Positions 10,096-21,480 of a DNA stretch of 54,490 bases are shown here, piece after piece. Location of the stretch: the NCBI GenBank assembly GCA_050302415.1, contig JBNLBB010000003.1:1-54490 (forward strand). The letters run 5' to 3'. The position numbers were made by a program, and so were the translations under genes. How positions within the stretch are numbered: the first letter of the stretch is position 1; the number at the start of each line of letters is the position of its first letter. The notes beneath the pieces are model-generated. The model made no database searches. It was not told where the DNA came from and saw nothing but the letters and a program-made list of their open reading frames with translations. Origin of the DNA: Gammaproteobacteria bacterium. Lineage in GTDB: Bacteria; Pseudomonadota; Gammaproteobacteria; JBNLBB01.

Positions 10096-10977
10096 GTGCC
10101 ATTGGATTTCTATCTCAATATTCTGGTTGCCGGAGTGCTCAACGGTGCCGTGCTTGGGCTTATGGCCCTGGGACTTTCCGTCATCTTCGGTGTCATGCAC
10201 GTCGTCAACTTTGCCCATGGAGAAATGATGGTATTGGGCATGTTCGCCGCGTTTGTGCTGAACAGCTGGCTGGGATTTGATCCGCTGCTGGCACTGCCGG
10301 TGGTGGCACTGTTGCTGTTCGGTTTCGGCTATGGCCTGCAGGCGACACTGATCAACCGGTTCATCACCGTGCCCGAACACCAGCAGTTTCTGTTGCTGCT
10401 GGCGGTCGGCATCATTCTCACCAACACCACGTTGCTGGTTTTTGGTCCCGATGCGCGCTCCATCCAGGTGGATTACGCGTTCGACAGCTTCGAGTGGGGC
10501 GTGCTGGTGGTCGACAAGGTGCGCATCTACGCCGCCGGCATCGCGGTGGCGGTCAGCATTGCCCTGTTTCTCTTTTTCCGCCATGCCCGCACCGGCAAGG
10601 CGATACGCGCCTGCGCGGACAACCATCTGGGAGCGCAGGTGGTGGGGTTGCCGATCAAGCGGCTCTACGCCGTCACCTTCGGGATCGGCGCCGCCTGTGT
10701 CGGCACGGCCGGAGGTCTGATCGTCATGCTGGTGGATGTCCACCCGCACCTTGCAGTCGATTTCACCCTGCTCGCATTTGTCATTGTCATCGTCGGCGGC
10801 CTGGGCAGCCTGGGCGGCGCGCTGCTCGGCGGCATTCTGGTCGGCGTGGCGGAGACCCTTCCTGCGCTGCTCACCTTCCTCTCCATTCCACCCTCGATGA
10901 AGAGCATGTTCAGCTTCGGGCTGCTGATCCTGGTCCTGGTGCTGCGCCCGCAGGGGCTGCTGGGGAAGAAGTCGTGA
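10096..10977 (+). CDS. LivH-like ABC permease
   Basis: ALGLSVIFGVMHVVNFAHGE, GKAIRA, GGLGSLGGA. Confidence 0.9.
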   Translation: MPLDFYLNILVAGVLNGAVLGLMALGLSVIFGVMHVVNFAHGEMMVLGMFAAFVLNSWLGFDPLLALPVVALLLFGFGYGLQATLINRFITVPEHQQFLLLLAVGIILTNTTLLVFGPDARSIQVDYAFDSFEWGVLVVDKVRIYAAGIAVAVSIALFLFFRHARTGKAIRACADNHLGAQVVGLPIKRLYAVTFGIGAACVGTAGGLIVMLVDVHPHLAVDFTLLAFVIVIVGGLGSLGGALLGGILVGVAETLPALLTFLSIPPSMKSMFSFGLLILVLVLRPQGLLGKKS

Positions 10978-11975
10978 AAGAACTGTTGCTCGATGGCGTA
11001 CCGCGCCGCGTACTTGTCTGGCTGGCCGCACTGCTGCTGGTGCTGGTGGCAGCGCCACTGGTGGCCGGCGACTATCTCCTGTCGGTGATGATCCTGATTC
11101 TCTACTTCGCCTTTGTCGGTCAGGCGTGGAACGTGATGATGGGTTACGCCGGACAGCTCTCCCTGGGCCACTCCCTCTACGTGGGTTTGGGCGCCTACAC
11201 GGCAGCGGCACTCTACGTCCATTTCGGGGTGGAACCCTGGCTCGGGCTGCTCCCCGGCATCGCCCTGGCTACGTTGGCGGGCTGCGTCATCGGCTATCTC
11301 GGATTCCGGTTTGGTGTGCAGGGCGTCTACTTTGCGCTGCTCACCATCGCCGTGGCGGAATTCACCCGCATTCTGTTCGACCACTTCGGATGGGTCGGCG
11401 GTTCGAGCGGGCTGTTTCTGCCGGTCGCGAATCGCGAGGACAACGATCTGCTGGCGTTGCGCGGATCGCCCACCATGTTCTACTACGTCATCCTCTTTCT
11501 GGTAGTGGGCGCCTTTGTGTTCATTCACGGTCTGATGCGCACCCGCATTGGTTACTACTGGCTGGCCATCCGCGAAGACCAGGAGACGGCGCAGGCGGTG
11601 GGGGTCCCCATTTTCCGCTACAAGATGCTGGCGGTGGCGCTCTCCTCGGGGATGACCGCCATCGGCGGCATTTTCTACGCTTTCTACTACAACAACCTCT
11701 ACCCCGAATCGATCTTCTCCATGCACAAGTCGATCGAAATCATCCTCGGGCCGATCATCGGCGGACTCGGCACGCTGTTTGGTCCGATCCTGGGCGCGGC
11801 GCTGCTGGCCACGCTGGGCGAGACCCTGTCGCACCTCACCGAGGGTTATGCCGCTGACGGCGTGAAGGCGCTCATCTATGGCGTCTGCATGTTGTTGATT
11901 GTTTACCTGCGGCCCGCGGGTATCTGGCCTTCGTTGCGCAAGCTGATCCTGGGTGAACGGGGAGGTGCCTCGTGA
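10974..11975 (+). CDS. LivM-like ABC permease
   Basis: GTGA overlap; GYAGQLSLGH, GVYFALLT, AIREDQ, GGLGTLFGP. Confidence 0.9.
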   Translation: MKELLLDGVPRRVLVWLAALLLVLVAAPLVAGDYLLSVMILILYFAFVGQAWNVMMGYAGQLSLGHSLYVGLGAYTAAALYVHFGVEPWLGLLPGIALATLAGCVIGYLGFRFGVQGVYFALLTIAVAEFTRILFDHFGWVGGSSGLFLPVANREDNDLLALRGSPTMFYYVILFLVVGAFVFIHGLMRTRIGYYWLAIREDQETAQAVGVPIFRYKMLAVALSSGMTAIGGIFYAFYYNNLYPESIFSMHKSIEIILGPIIGGLGTLFGPILGAALLATLGETLSHLTEGYAADGVKALIYGVCMLLIVYLRPAGIWPSLRKLILGERGGAS

Positions 11976-12702
11976 GCAGCGCACCCATGCTGGCCGCCGT
12001 TGGACTCTCCAAAACCTTTCGTGGATTGCGGGCGGTGAGTGACGTCAGTTTTGAGGTGCCGACCGGCGGCATCACGGCACTGATCGGGCCCAACGGCGCG
12101 GGCAAAACCACCATCTTCAATCTCATCTCCGGTGTGTTGCCGCCCAGCGCGGGGCACGCGGAACTGGAGGGCAGACGCATCACCGGCCTGCGGCCCGACC
12201 AGATCTGCCATGCCGGCGTCGGGCGCACCTTCCAGATTGCGAAGCCGTTCGGTGATCTGAGCGTGGCGGACAACGTGGCCATCGGCGCGCTCAACAGCGT
12301 ACGGACGGTGGTGCAGGCCCGGGCCAAGACGCGGCGCATCCTGGAGCTGCTGGAACTGGCCGAAGATGCCGACCGGCCGGCCCACAGTCTTACGCTGCCC
12401 GGGCGCAAACGCCTGGAGGTGGCGCGGGCTCTGGCCACGGGCCCGAAAATCCTGCTGCTCGATGAAGTGATCGCCGGGCTGCGTCCGGCGGAGACCGACC
12501 GCATTGTGGAGACACTGCGCAATCTCAACCGTGAGACCGGACTCACCATCCTGCTGATTGAACATGTGATGCGGGCCGTGATGGCGCTGTCGCAACATGT
12601 GGTGGTGGTCAACGGCGGGCGCAACCTCTGCGCCGGCCCCCCGGAAACCGTGGTGCGCGATCCGCGGGTCCTGGAATGCTACCTGGGCGAGGAGGCGGTT
12701 CC

Positions 12703-12709
<7 letters not shown>
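11972..12709 (+). CDS. LivG-like ABC ATPase
   Basis: GPNGAGKTT, RTFQ, LLLDE, IEH. Confidence 0.92.
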
Positions 12710-13407
<698 letters not shown>

Positions 13408-13562
13408 GACCTGCACCGCCCGCATTTGCTATTCCCGCCACACAATAGAGTGCCGAAGTGACCTGCGGCAATTCCCCTCCGCCCTGCTGGCGTTAGCATC
13501 GGTAGTCGACGTCCCGCGGCAGCAGGCAGGAAGCGCCGGCCGCCAGCACGGAGGATCCGGCG

Positions 13563-13994
13563 ATGAAGAAGGTGGCGGTGTGGGTCTTTTTCTACGGCTC
13601 ATACATCAACCGCAGTGTGCTCAAAGAGGTCGGGGTCGAGCCGGACCACTGGGAGATTGCCCGGCTGAGCGGTTACGACATCCGGATCAAACCGCGGGCC
13701 AATCTGGTCCGTGCCGAGCCGGGTATGGTCTATGGCATTCTCGCCACCGCCACCCACGTCGAACTCGAAAAACTCTATTCCCACGCCCTTGAGGTGCTGG
13801 GGGAAGTCTACAAACCCGAAGCGATCATGGCGGAGACCACGGAGGGGCACTGGCGCCCGGCACTGTGTTACATCTCCCACACCATGCAGGAGCGCACCAC
13901 CGATCCGGAGTACCTGGCGCGGATTCTAAAACCGGCCAAGGCCTACGGCTTTCCCGCCTGGTACCAGCGCCGGCTGGCCAGTTTCGCCACTTGA
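13563..13994 (+). CDS. Gamma-glutamylcyclotransferase (GGCT/AIG2-like) family protein
   Basis: N-terminal FFYGSY, ANLV, VYGIL, C-terminal Y...GFPAWY; RBS GGAGG. Confidence 0.7.
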   Translation: MKKVAVWVFFYGSYINRSVLKEVGVEPDHWEIARLSGYDIRIKPRANLVRAEPGMVYGILATATHVELEKLYSHALEVLGEVYKPEAIMAETTEGHWRPALCYISHTMQERTTDPEYLARILKPAKAYGFPAWYQRRLASFAT

Positions 13995-14054
13995 ACCGTA
14001 ACCTCCCGCAGCCACCCACGCGACCGGCCTGCGGCAAGGAGTGACAGACCACCG

Positions 14055-14579
14055 ATGCCCGAATTGATCTACTACGTGGCCGCCAGCCTGGACGGATTCA
14101 TCGCCACCCCCAGTGGTGGGGTGGAATGGCTCTCCGGATTTGAGCAGTCGGGTGAGGACTACGGCTACCGCGAGTTCTACGCCACCATCGACACCCTGGT
14201 CATGGGCCGCAACACCTACGATGAAGTGCGCAGTTATGGTGCCTGGCCCTATGCCGGCAAACCGGCCTGGGTCTGCACCGAGAGCGTGGTCGCCGATCCC
14301 ACCCCCGATGTGCGGGTAACCCACCTGACGCCCCACGCCTTGATGCGCGCCCTGGAGGCAGGGGGGGCGGCGCGCTGCTGGCTGGTGGGTGGCGGGCGCC
14401 TGGCGGCGGCCTTTCACGCCAACGGGCTGATCACTGAATATGTGGTCAGCGTCATCCCGGTCATTCTGGGCGATGGCATTCCCATGCTGGCGACCAACGG
14501 CGAAGCGCAACCACTGCACCTGGAGGAGAGTGTGGCCTATCCCACCGGCGTGGTGCAGTTGCGCTATCGGACAATGTAA
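14055..14579 (+). CDS. Dihydrofolate reductase / RibD C-terminal family protein
   Basis: AASLDGFIA, VMGRNTY, WLVGGG, PVILGDGIP. Confidence 0.88.
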   Translation: MPELIYYVAASLDGFIATPSGGVEWLSGFEQSGEDYGYREFYATIDTLVMGRNTYDEVRSYGAWPYAGKPAWVCTESVVADPTPDVRVTHLTPHALMRALEAGGAARCWLVGGGRLAAAFHANGLITEYVVSVIPVILGDGIPMLATNGEAQPLHLEESVAYPTGVVQLRYRTM

Positions 14580-14632
14580 GAAATTGCCGTTGTTCCGGGT
14601 CCCGGTTCCGAAGCAATGACCTGGAGATTTCC

Positions 14633-14926
14633 ATGCCCAGACAAGCCTGCCCCCATGCTGATCTGCCACCCACCGGTGTCACCTGCCCACATTGCCGCGG
14701 CGGCACCCTGGAAGTGGCACGCGGCCGTTTCGGGCCAATCTACAAATGCACGGCAGCCGCCTGCGGCCACTGGCTCGATTCGCGGCCGACCGGGGCCGTG
14801 TGCGACTACCCGCGCCACGGGACACCCTGCGGCGCACTGATGGTTGAAGGTACCAAAACCATTCCTGACCGCTGTTCGGACCGTGGCTGCCCGAACCGCA
14901 ATCCGCACAAGTTGGCGCGCGCGTGA
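14633..14926 (+). CDS. Small topoisomerase C4 zinc-ribbon-like protein
   Basis: CPHC...GRFGPIYKC...C followed by C..CGALMV...CS..CP; RBS GGAG. Confidence 0.65.
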   Translation: MPRQACPHADLPPTGVTCPHCRGGTLEVARGRFGPIYKCTAAACGHWLDSRPTGAVCDYPRHGTPCGALMVEGTKTIPDRCSDRGCPNRNPHKLARA

Positions 14927-15049
14927 TGGAATCAAGCTGATCGTCGCTTAATTGACCTGGCAAATTGACACCCCCCGAGGTTGACCCTACCGTGGTTTGC
15001 GGGTGATTCCAGATGCAAATAATCATCAACACTTCTAAGGAGTGATGCC

Positions 15050-15418
15050 ATGCAGACCGCTGCCAATGGGGTGATAGCGCTGGTCGTGCTACTGCACGTC
15101 TGGTTTTTGATCCTTGAAATGTTTCTGTGGGACAAGCCTTTGGGACTGCGTGTGTTTCGCCACAGCCGGGAAGCGGCCGCCGCGTCCAAAGTGCTGGCGG
15201 CCAACCAGGGACTCTACAATGGGTTTCTGGCCGCCGGACTGGTTTGGGGATTGCTGGCCGGTGAGATGGGGACAAGTATCAAGATCTTTTTCCTGGCCTG
15301 CGTACTGATTGCCGGGCTCTATGGCGCGGTCACGGCGAACAGAACAATTCTTTATGTCCAGGCGTTACCCGCTTTCGTGGGTTTGTGCCTGCTGGTCGCT
15401 GCACGAATTTCTTGGTAG
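15050..15418 (+). CDS. DUF1304 membrane protein
   Basis: LEMFLW, ANQGLYNGFLAAG, QALPA; RBS AAGGAG. Confidence 0.85.
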   Translation: MQTAANGVIALVVLLHVWFLILEMFLWDKPLGLRVFRHSREAAAASKVLAANQGLYNGFLAAGLVWGLLAGEMGTSIKIFFLACVLIAGLYGAVTANRTILYVQALPAFVGLCLLVAARISW

Positions 15419-15669
15419 CGAACCGCTTCAGTCATTCTGAACAGAAGATACCGCAAATCACCGGTGCCGATTCGATCTGCAATCATCTTAAGCAATTGCC
15501 AGCAGTTTCGTGTGGTTACAGCTATTGATGTCCTTGGGCGTTTAGTTGCGCCGGGTCACTTGACCTGAGGTTGTCATGATCTAGCTTTAATGACGAATCG
15601 AAAAAATAGGGAACCCCTCTTGCGGCAGGGATTGCCAGTTCAGGCAAACAACTGTTAGCGAGATGTTTC

Positions 15670-17988
15670 ATGTTGATCAAAACCAAACTGCGGGTCGGCA
15701 GCGTGCTGCTGGCCTTACTGCCCGCAACCCTGGCAGGTACCCTGATCGGGGTTTATTCGACTGACCACGCTGAAGATGCGCTGCAGGTCCAGGCCCAGTC
15801 CCGGCTGGTAGCATTGCGCGAAGAGAAGGCTTCCCAGATAGCAGCATATTTTACGGCCATGTCCGACCAGGCTGCGGTCTATGCCAGGGATCGGATGACA
15901 GTTGAAGCGATGCGCCTGTTTTCCTCGTCTTTCCATAGCATGGCCTCTGCGACTCCCAGCGAACGTTCTGCGCTGGAGGAGTACTACCGTGGGGATTTCG
16001 GGGGTGCGTACGAGAAACGCAACAATGGAACACGTCCGCCAGAGGGTATTTTTCAGCGCTTGGGAAATAAAGCCGCCAAACTGCAGTTTCACTACATAAA
16101 GGAAAACCCACATCCACTGGGCGAAAAGGACAAACTGCTGGAGAGCTCTGATGGCTCCGGCTATTCATCGGCGCACGCCATCTACCACGAATCGTTTCGT
16201 GAACTGCAGCAACGGTTTGGTTATTACGACATTTTTCTGATCGATGCTGAGTCCGGTGATGTGGTCTACACCGTCTTCAAGGAGCTCGATTTCGCCACCT
16301 CCTTGAAGAGTGGACCCTGGGCGGACTCGGGCTTGGCGAAAGCCTACGCGGGCGCCATGCTATTGAGCGAGGGGTCAACATTCATGACCGATTTCGCCCC
16401 TTATCTCCCTTCCTATCAGGATCCCGCCGCATTTATTTCTGCGCCGGTTTTTGACCGGGGGCGGCGTGTCGGTGTCATTGCATTTCAGCTTCCCATCGAC
16501 CGGATCAACAACGTGATGACGAGCTTCGGCAAATGGCGTGAGGTCGGGTTGGGTGACAGCGGTGAAACCTATCTGGTGGGTTCAGACAATCTGATGCGCA
16601 GTCAAAGCCGATTCTTCCTTGAGGACCCGGAGGGTTTTTTTGCTGCATTGAAAGCAGCTGGGTCCGATCAAACCATGCTGTCCACCATCAGGACGAAGGG
16701 GACGGTAATCGGGTTCCAGAAAGTGCGCTCACCGGGTGTGGAACAGGCACTCAGCGGAGCGACAGGATTTGCTGAATTTCCGGACTACCGTGGAGTACCG
16801 GTGCTCTCTGCATTCAGACCCCTGGAGATCAATGGCCACCGATGGGCAATTCTGGCTGAAATTGATCGCGCCGAAGCCTACGCTGCGGCCGACCAGCTCC
16901 ATCGGGATGTGCTGGCCATGGTGGCTGCCACCGGAGCAGTCCTGATAATTCTGGGCGGTGGTATCGGTTGGTTATTCAGTCGATCACTCGCGGGCCCCCT
17001 GGAGCGTATCGTGTTGTCCATGAGGGATATCTCCAGTGGTTCGGGGGATTTGACGGTGCGGCTGGACGACAAGCATCGGGATGAATTAGGTCAAATTGCC
17101 GGTGCGTTCAATCAGTTTGTAACCAAACTGGAATCAATCATGCGGCAGGTAACCGGTTCGACCAATGAGCTGGCTACCGCGTCGGAGGAACTCTCCATGA
17201 TTACCCGCGATACCCGCGACGGTATGCAACAGCAGCAGGGTGATATACAGCAGGTGGCGGCGGCTATCAACGAGATGACCGCCAGCGTTCGGGAGGTGGC
17301 GAAGAATACGCATGAAACGGCGGAGTCGGCTCACCATGTGGGTGATCAGGTGGCTGCCGGGAAGGGTGTTCTGGCGCGTAGTGCGCAGGCGGTTCAAGAG
17401 CTTTCGGACCGAATGCGGGAATCACTTGCCGTGGTTGAAGCACTGCAGGACGACAGCTCCCGTGTCGGTACCGTACTGGAGGTGATTCGGGGAATTGCGG
17501 ACCAGACCAACCTGCTGGCATTGAACGCGGCCATAGAGGCCGCCAGGGCCGGAGAGCAGGGGCGTGGTTTTGCGGTGGTGGCCGACGAGGTGCGAACCCT
17601 GGCCATGAGGACTCAGCAGTCGACCGAGGAGATTCGTGAAATAATCGAAGCACTACAGGCTCGAAGTGCCCAAACGGTCGGATTGCTGCAGGAGAACAAC
17701 GCAAACATTGAAACTTCCGTCGAACTATCGGCACAAACGCAGCAGGCATTTCTGGAAATCGACAGCGCGATGCATTTGTTGCTCGATATGAGCTCACAGA
17801 TTGCCAGTGCAAGTGAAGAGCAGGCAGCGGTGACCGAGGAGATCAGCAGCAACGTGGACAAGATTTCTCAGGTGGCTGAAAGTATTGCTACTGGGTCCGA
17901 ACAAACCGAGGCCTCCAGCCAGATGCTGGCCCGCCTGGGAGACGACCTGATGGCGCTGGTTGGCCAGTTCAAGGTGGGTAACGGCTGA
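15670..17988 (+). CDS. Methyl-accepting chemotaxis protein with large Cache-type periplasmic domain
   Basis: Two TM segments, [12 protein letters not shown] (DELGQIA), [34 protein letters not shown]. Confidence 0.95.
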   Translation: MLIKTKLRVGSVLLALLPATLAGTLIGVYSTDHAEDALQVQAQSRLVALREEKASQIAAYFTAMSDQAAVYARDRMTVEAMRLFSSSFHSMASATPSERSALEEYYRGDFGGAYEKRNNGTRPPEGIFQRLGNKAAKLQFHYIKENPHPLGEKDKLLESSDGSGYSSAHAIYHESFRELQQRFGYYDIFLIDAESGDVVYTVFKELDFATSLKSGPWADSGLAKAYAGAMLLSEGSTFMTDFAPYLPSYQDPAAFISAPVFDRGRRVGVIAFQLPIDRINNVMTSFGKWREVGLGDSGETYLVGSDNLMRSQSRFFLEDPEGFFAALKAAGSDQTMLSTIRTKGTVIGFQKVRSPGVEQALSGATGFAEFPDYRGVPVLSAFRPLEINGHRWAILAEIDRAEAYAAADQLHRDVLAMVAATGAVLIILGGGIGWLFSRSLAGPLERIVLSMRDISSGSGDLTVRLDDKHRDELGQIAGAFNQFVTKLESIMRQVTGSTNELATASEELSMITRDTRDGMQQQQGDIQQVAAAINEMTASVREVAKNTHETAESAHHVGDQVAAGKGVLARSAQAVQELSDRMRESLAVVEALQDDSSRVGTVLEVIRGIADQTNLLALNAAIEAARAGEQGRGFAVVADEVRTLAMRTQQSTEEIREIIEALQARSAQTVGLLQENNANIETSVELSAQTQQAFLEIDSAMHLLLDMSSQIASASEEQAAVTEEISSNVDKISQVAESIATGSEQTEASSQMLARLGDDLMALVGQFKVGNG

Positions 17989-18064
17989 ATAAAGGTGTGA
18001 TTGGATTGCCGGGGTGGCTCCGTGCGTGAAAACCCGGTTTATCGCAAGAAGCCTGTTTTAATGC

Positions 18065-18095
18065 AAAAGTGGCAGTAAAATGCCACTTTTCTTTT
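18065..18095 (+). terminator. Intrinsic terminator-like hairpin
   Basis: AAAAGTGGCA-GTAAAA-TGCCACTTTT followed by CTTTT, downstream of the MCP gene. Confidence 0.6.
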
Positions 18096-18118
18096 CCGCT
18101 GGGACATTGGGTCAGGAT

Positions 18119-18832
18119 ATGGATATCAAGTCATTTACGCTCAGTTCTGATTCCGATCTCTGCCGCCAGGTACTGGCCGAACTGCTTGAACGCTATCTCG
18201 ATCCCGCGTTTGGCGCACTGCCCAAAAAAGAGATTGATCTGCTGATTTTGAATACGCTGCAGTCGCTGGGTTATGTGAGCGATGAACCCACCCTTTACGA
18301 TCTGGTTTCCCGGCTGCGCGTGACCCGCAGCAAGGCGAGAAACCTGCTTTACGACACGGAGTTACGTAGGTTGGACACGGAGGCGCTGGATGGAAAACTG
18401 CGGATCGCGCTGAAACGACCGATCATGCAGAAGCAGGCGGAACTGTTCGTTTTGGAAATTGAAAACCCGCTGGTCATCGACCATCTGCGGGCACGGTTGC
18501 AACATCTGGGGCACGCTACCGATGGATCGTTCTCACCAAGTCTGGTGAAGGTTTCGCTCGATGCTTTGGTGGCGCTGCTCGAAGACTATCTCAGCGAATC
18601 ACAACAAGAGCAGGCTCGCAGGGCACTGGTGCGGGCGGGTGCGCCCGATACCTCGCTTTCCGGCGTGCTCAAGGCAACAGTCCGGGCGATTGCCGGACGA
18701 TTTGCCCGGGAGGCAGGCGAGGCGGTTGTCGGACGGGTAAGTGAGTTTGTCACGTTGCTGCTCGACGGAGTGATCGATGAGGCCGCCACCGTGGTCCGGG
18801 GCATCTTCGCTCAGAGTGGACCGGAGTCGTGA
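18119..18832 (+). CDS. Hypothetical protein with HTH-like segment
   Basis: Long ORF, AGGA before ATG 18119; FGALPKKEIDLL and LYDLVSRLRVTRSKARNL. Confidence 0.7.
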   Translation: MDIKSFTLSSDSDLCRQVLAELLERYLDPAFGALPKKEIDLLILNTLQSLGYVSDEPTLYDLVSRLRVTRSKARNLLYDTELRRLDTEALDGKLRIALKRPIMQKQAELFVLEIENPLVIDHLRARLQHLGHATDGSFSPSLVKVSLDALVALLEDYLSESQQEQARRALVRAGAPDTSLSGVLKATVRAIAGRFAREAGEAVVGRVSEFVTLLLDGVIDEAATVVRGIFAQSGPES

Positions 18833-19049
18833 AGGGAAAACCCCTCATCCCCGTGTTCCGCCGATAACCTGATTCGTCAGAACAAGGAATTCCCCCTTAC
18901 CAAGCGGTCCCTGGGCATTTGGCGACGCCTCGACAACCGGTACCATGCGGTGAATCTCTCTCCAGATTTCCAGCGCAGACAATCAGGCACAACATCGAAC
19001 CGACGCCATCTGTTTCGAACCCGCAGGAAGGCAAAGGGAGCGGGTTCCT

Positions 19050-20423
19050 CTAAGCTGATTGGGCCGTCAACGGTACGCTGATCTTGATGAAGGTGCCGGC
19101 ATTCTTGGCGGTGATCATTTGAAACTTCCCCCGAAGGGAGTCCAGCTGATCGCGTACGTTGAGCAACCCGGTTTTCGCCGGATCCACCAATGCCGAATCG
19201 GAAACTCCCCTGCCATTGTCTTTCACGCTAATCGAAAAGGCACCGCTGACGGCACGTATGCGAAGATTGACTACGCTGGCTTCGGCATGTCGCTCAATGT
19301 TGTCAAGCAGTTCCTCGACGATCCGATAGAGTCGGATTTCCACCGTTTCCGGTAGACGGTACTTGGGTAGATCAGCCTGCACGGTAACGCTTGCCCCCGT
19401 GCGTTTGCGCACGCCGTCGGCCAATGTCTTGATGGCCGCAATCAGCCCATTCCGGTCCAGCTCGCTTGGGCGCAGGCGTGCCGACAACGATTCGACCGAT
19501 TCGGCGACGGAGGTGATATCCAGGTTGGCCTGACGTATGCTCCGACACAACTCTGCGGCCGTTGCGGAGGAGTTGGCGCAAGCCTGACCCAGGCTGATCC
19601 GGATTCGGTCGATCTGCCCCAGCAGGGTGTGCTTCAGATAGTGGGAGATTTCACTGCGTTCGGCCTCCTGCACATCGCGCGTGCGTCGCGAGAGCTGGCG
19701 AATCTGCCGTTCAGCCACGGTTCCTTCCGAGAGCGTGAGCTTGCCCGCCAGGGTGCCGATGACAACCACGCTGCTGAGTGAAATGGCCAGCATGAGAGAG
19801 ACGGTATGGGACCTCCGTCCATCCAGCACTTCGCGCAGTTTCACCTGAGCCGCCTCGATGTCATCAATGTAGAGTCCGGTGCCGATCATCCATTGCCAGT
19901 CGTCCACCGCCAGTGCGTAGCCGAGCTTGGTGACTTCCCGCCCGGCGGAGGGCTTGTCCCACAGGTAAGAGACCGTATCACCGCCGGACTTCGCCGCACC
20001 AATCAGGTCTTTGATCACCATCACGCCATTCCGGTCCTGCAGGGACAGCAGGTTTTTGCCTTCCAACTGTGGCTTCTTCGGATGTACCAGGTTGTTCCCG
20101 CGGTAGTCGTAGGCGAAGATGTATCCATCCTCCCCATATTCGATGCTGCGCAGGACCCGTTTCGCGGTTTCAGGGTCGGCGCGGCGCGACTTGCTTCCGC
20201 CCGCCTCGAATGGTCTGATGGCCGAGCGCGCAATCGCCGTGTAGTTGGCCAGTTCCGCCTGCCGCTGGGTCATCATGTGACGCTGCATCGATTGGATTGC
20301 TTCTTCGCCGAAACGGTTCATGGCGAAAAGCGCGACCGCGGAAATGGTGACGCTCACCAGCAGTAGCGGCACCATGGTCAGCAGCACGATTTTTTGCTTC
20401 AGGTTCGATTTCTTCTGTTGCAT
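19050..20423 (-). CDS. sCache_2 / HisKA_3-type sensor with degenerate H-box (putative pseudokinase)
   Basis: YGEDGYIFAYD..LVHP Cache domain, two TMs, HATPase LYRIVEELLDNIERHA and DNGRG; H-box reads ERSEISHYLKHTLLGQ. Confidence 0.85.
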   Translation of the reverse strand: MQQKKSNLKQKIVLLTMVPLLLVSVTISAVALFAMNRFGEEAIQSMQRHMMTQRQAELANYTAIARSAIRPFEAGGSKSRRADPETAKRVLRSIEYGEDGYIFAYDYRGNNLVHPKKPQLEGKNLLSLQDRNGVMVIKDLIGAAKSGGDTVSYLWDKPSAGREVTKLGYALAVDDWQWMIGTGLYIDDIEAAQVKLREVLDGRRSHTVSLMLAISLSSVVVIGTLAGKLTLSEGTVAERQIRQLSRRTRDVQEAERSEISHYLKHTLLGQIDRIRISLGQACANSSATAAELCRSIRQANLDITSVAESVESLSARLRPSELDRNGLIAAIKTLADGVRKRTGASVTVQADLPKYRLPETVEIRLYRIVEELLDNIERHAEASVVNLRIRAVSGAFSISVKDNGRGVSDSALVDPAKTGLLNVRDQLDSLRGKFQMITAKNAGTFIKISVPLTAQSA

Positions 20424-20807
20424 TACCTCTCCCCACAATGTCTGGTGCGAAATATCGGGACAGTCGCTGCGCTGGCGGTCCCGGGATCTCAACCATGTGG
20501 CTGCACCGTTGCGGCGCCGTAAAGAACCGATCCTCCCTGTTGTTCGCCGCGGACGATTTCCCGTCATCGTGGCCACGGACTCGATAGTGAGCCGCACTCA
20601 AGAGGCAGACCATTCGTACTATTACCGGACCGGATTCGGCAAAATACGCAACGCATATGCGGTGGTTACGCAGGAGCATTACGAAAAACTACGTATCTGT
20701 AGTGGACCGATGCAGAGTTCGTGGCGCGCTCGCGCGCCACCAGCGCGGGGCTGCGGAGCGGGGAATCCGGTAACGAATTGGGAGACCGGGAGTGCGTGGT
20801 GCTCAGT

Positions 20808-21458
20808 TCAGGTCAGCTTCACCAGGCCGTTTTCGATCGCGTAGCGCGTCAGCCCGGCGGCTGAGTGAATTCCGAGCTTCTTCTTGATGTTGTGGCGATG
20901 GGTCTCGACGGTACGCACGGAGATGTCCAGAATTCGCGCGATGTTCTTGTTGCATTCACCCTCGGCGATCAGTTTGATCACCTCCTCCTCGCGCTTGGTG
21001 AGCAACTCGTCCGTCGTGAGACGCGCTTCGTCGAAACGGCTGAACAGGGACTGCGAAATTCCGGCGCTGAAGTAGGTGCTGCCTTGGTAGACGGCCTCGA
21101 TTGCCTTCAGCAGTTCATCGGATCCGATATCCTTGAGTACGTAGCCGGTGGCGCCCAATTGCATCAGCCGCACAACGTACTCCTGCTCGTCGTGCATACT
21201 CAGGATCAACACCTTGATCTCGGGTAGTTCCATCTTCAGTTGGCGCATCGCTTCAATACCGTCCATGTCGGGCATGGAGACGTCCATGAGCACCACGTCC
21301 GGTCGTGTTGCGCGCGCCTGCTCAAGCGCTTCGTGCCCGCTCCCCGCCTGTCCCACCACCACAATCGACTCCTCATCCTCGAAGCGCGCGATGATCCCTT
21401 CGATGACCAGCGGGTGGTCGTCCACCAACAGGATACGAATCCGAGGATGTGGTGTCAT
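20808..21458 (-). CDS. NarL/FixJ-family response regulator
   Basis: LLVDDHP, LMDVSMP, LSMH, GYVLK; LuxR HTH LTKREEEV...ISVRTVETHRHNIKKKL. Confidence 0.95.
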   Translation of the reverse strand: MTPHPRIRILLVDDHPLVIEGIIARFEDEESIVVVGQAGSGHEALEQARATRPDVVLMDVSMPDMDGIEAMRQLKMELPEIKVLILSMHDEQEYVVRLMQLGATGYVLKDIGSDELLKAIEAVYQGSTYFSAGISQSLFSRFDEARLTTDELLTKREEEVIKLIAEGECNKNIARILDISVRTVETHRHNIKKKLGIHSAAGLTRYAIENGLVKLT

Positions 21459-21480
21459 GTCGCTGGGCTCCTGATTGCGG

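Noticed and set aside
13408-15669. Run of small same-strand genes as an integron cassette array
   Set aside because: No attC-like RYYYAAC/GTTRRRY inverted repeats and no integrase
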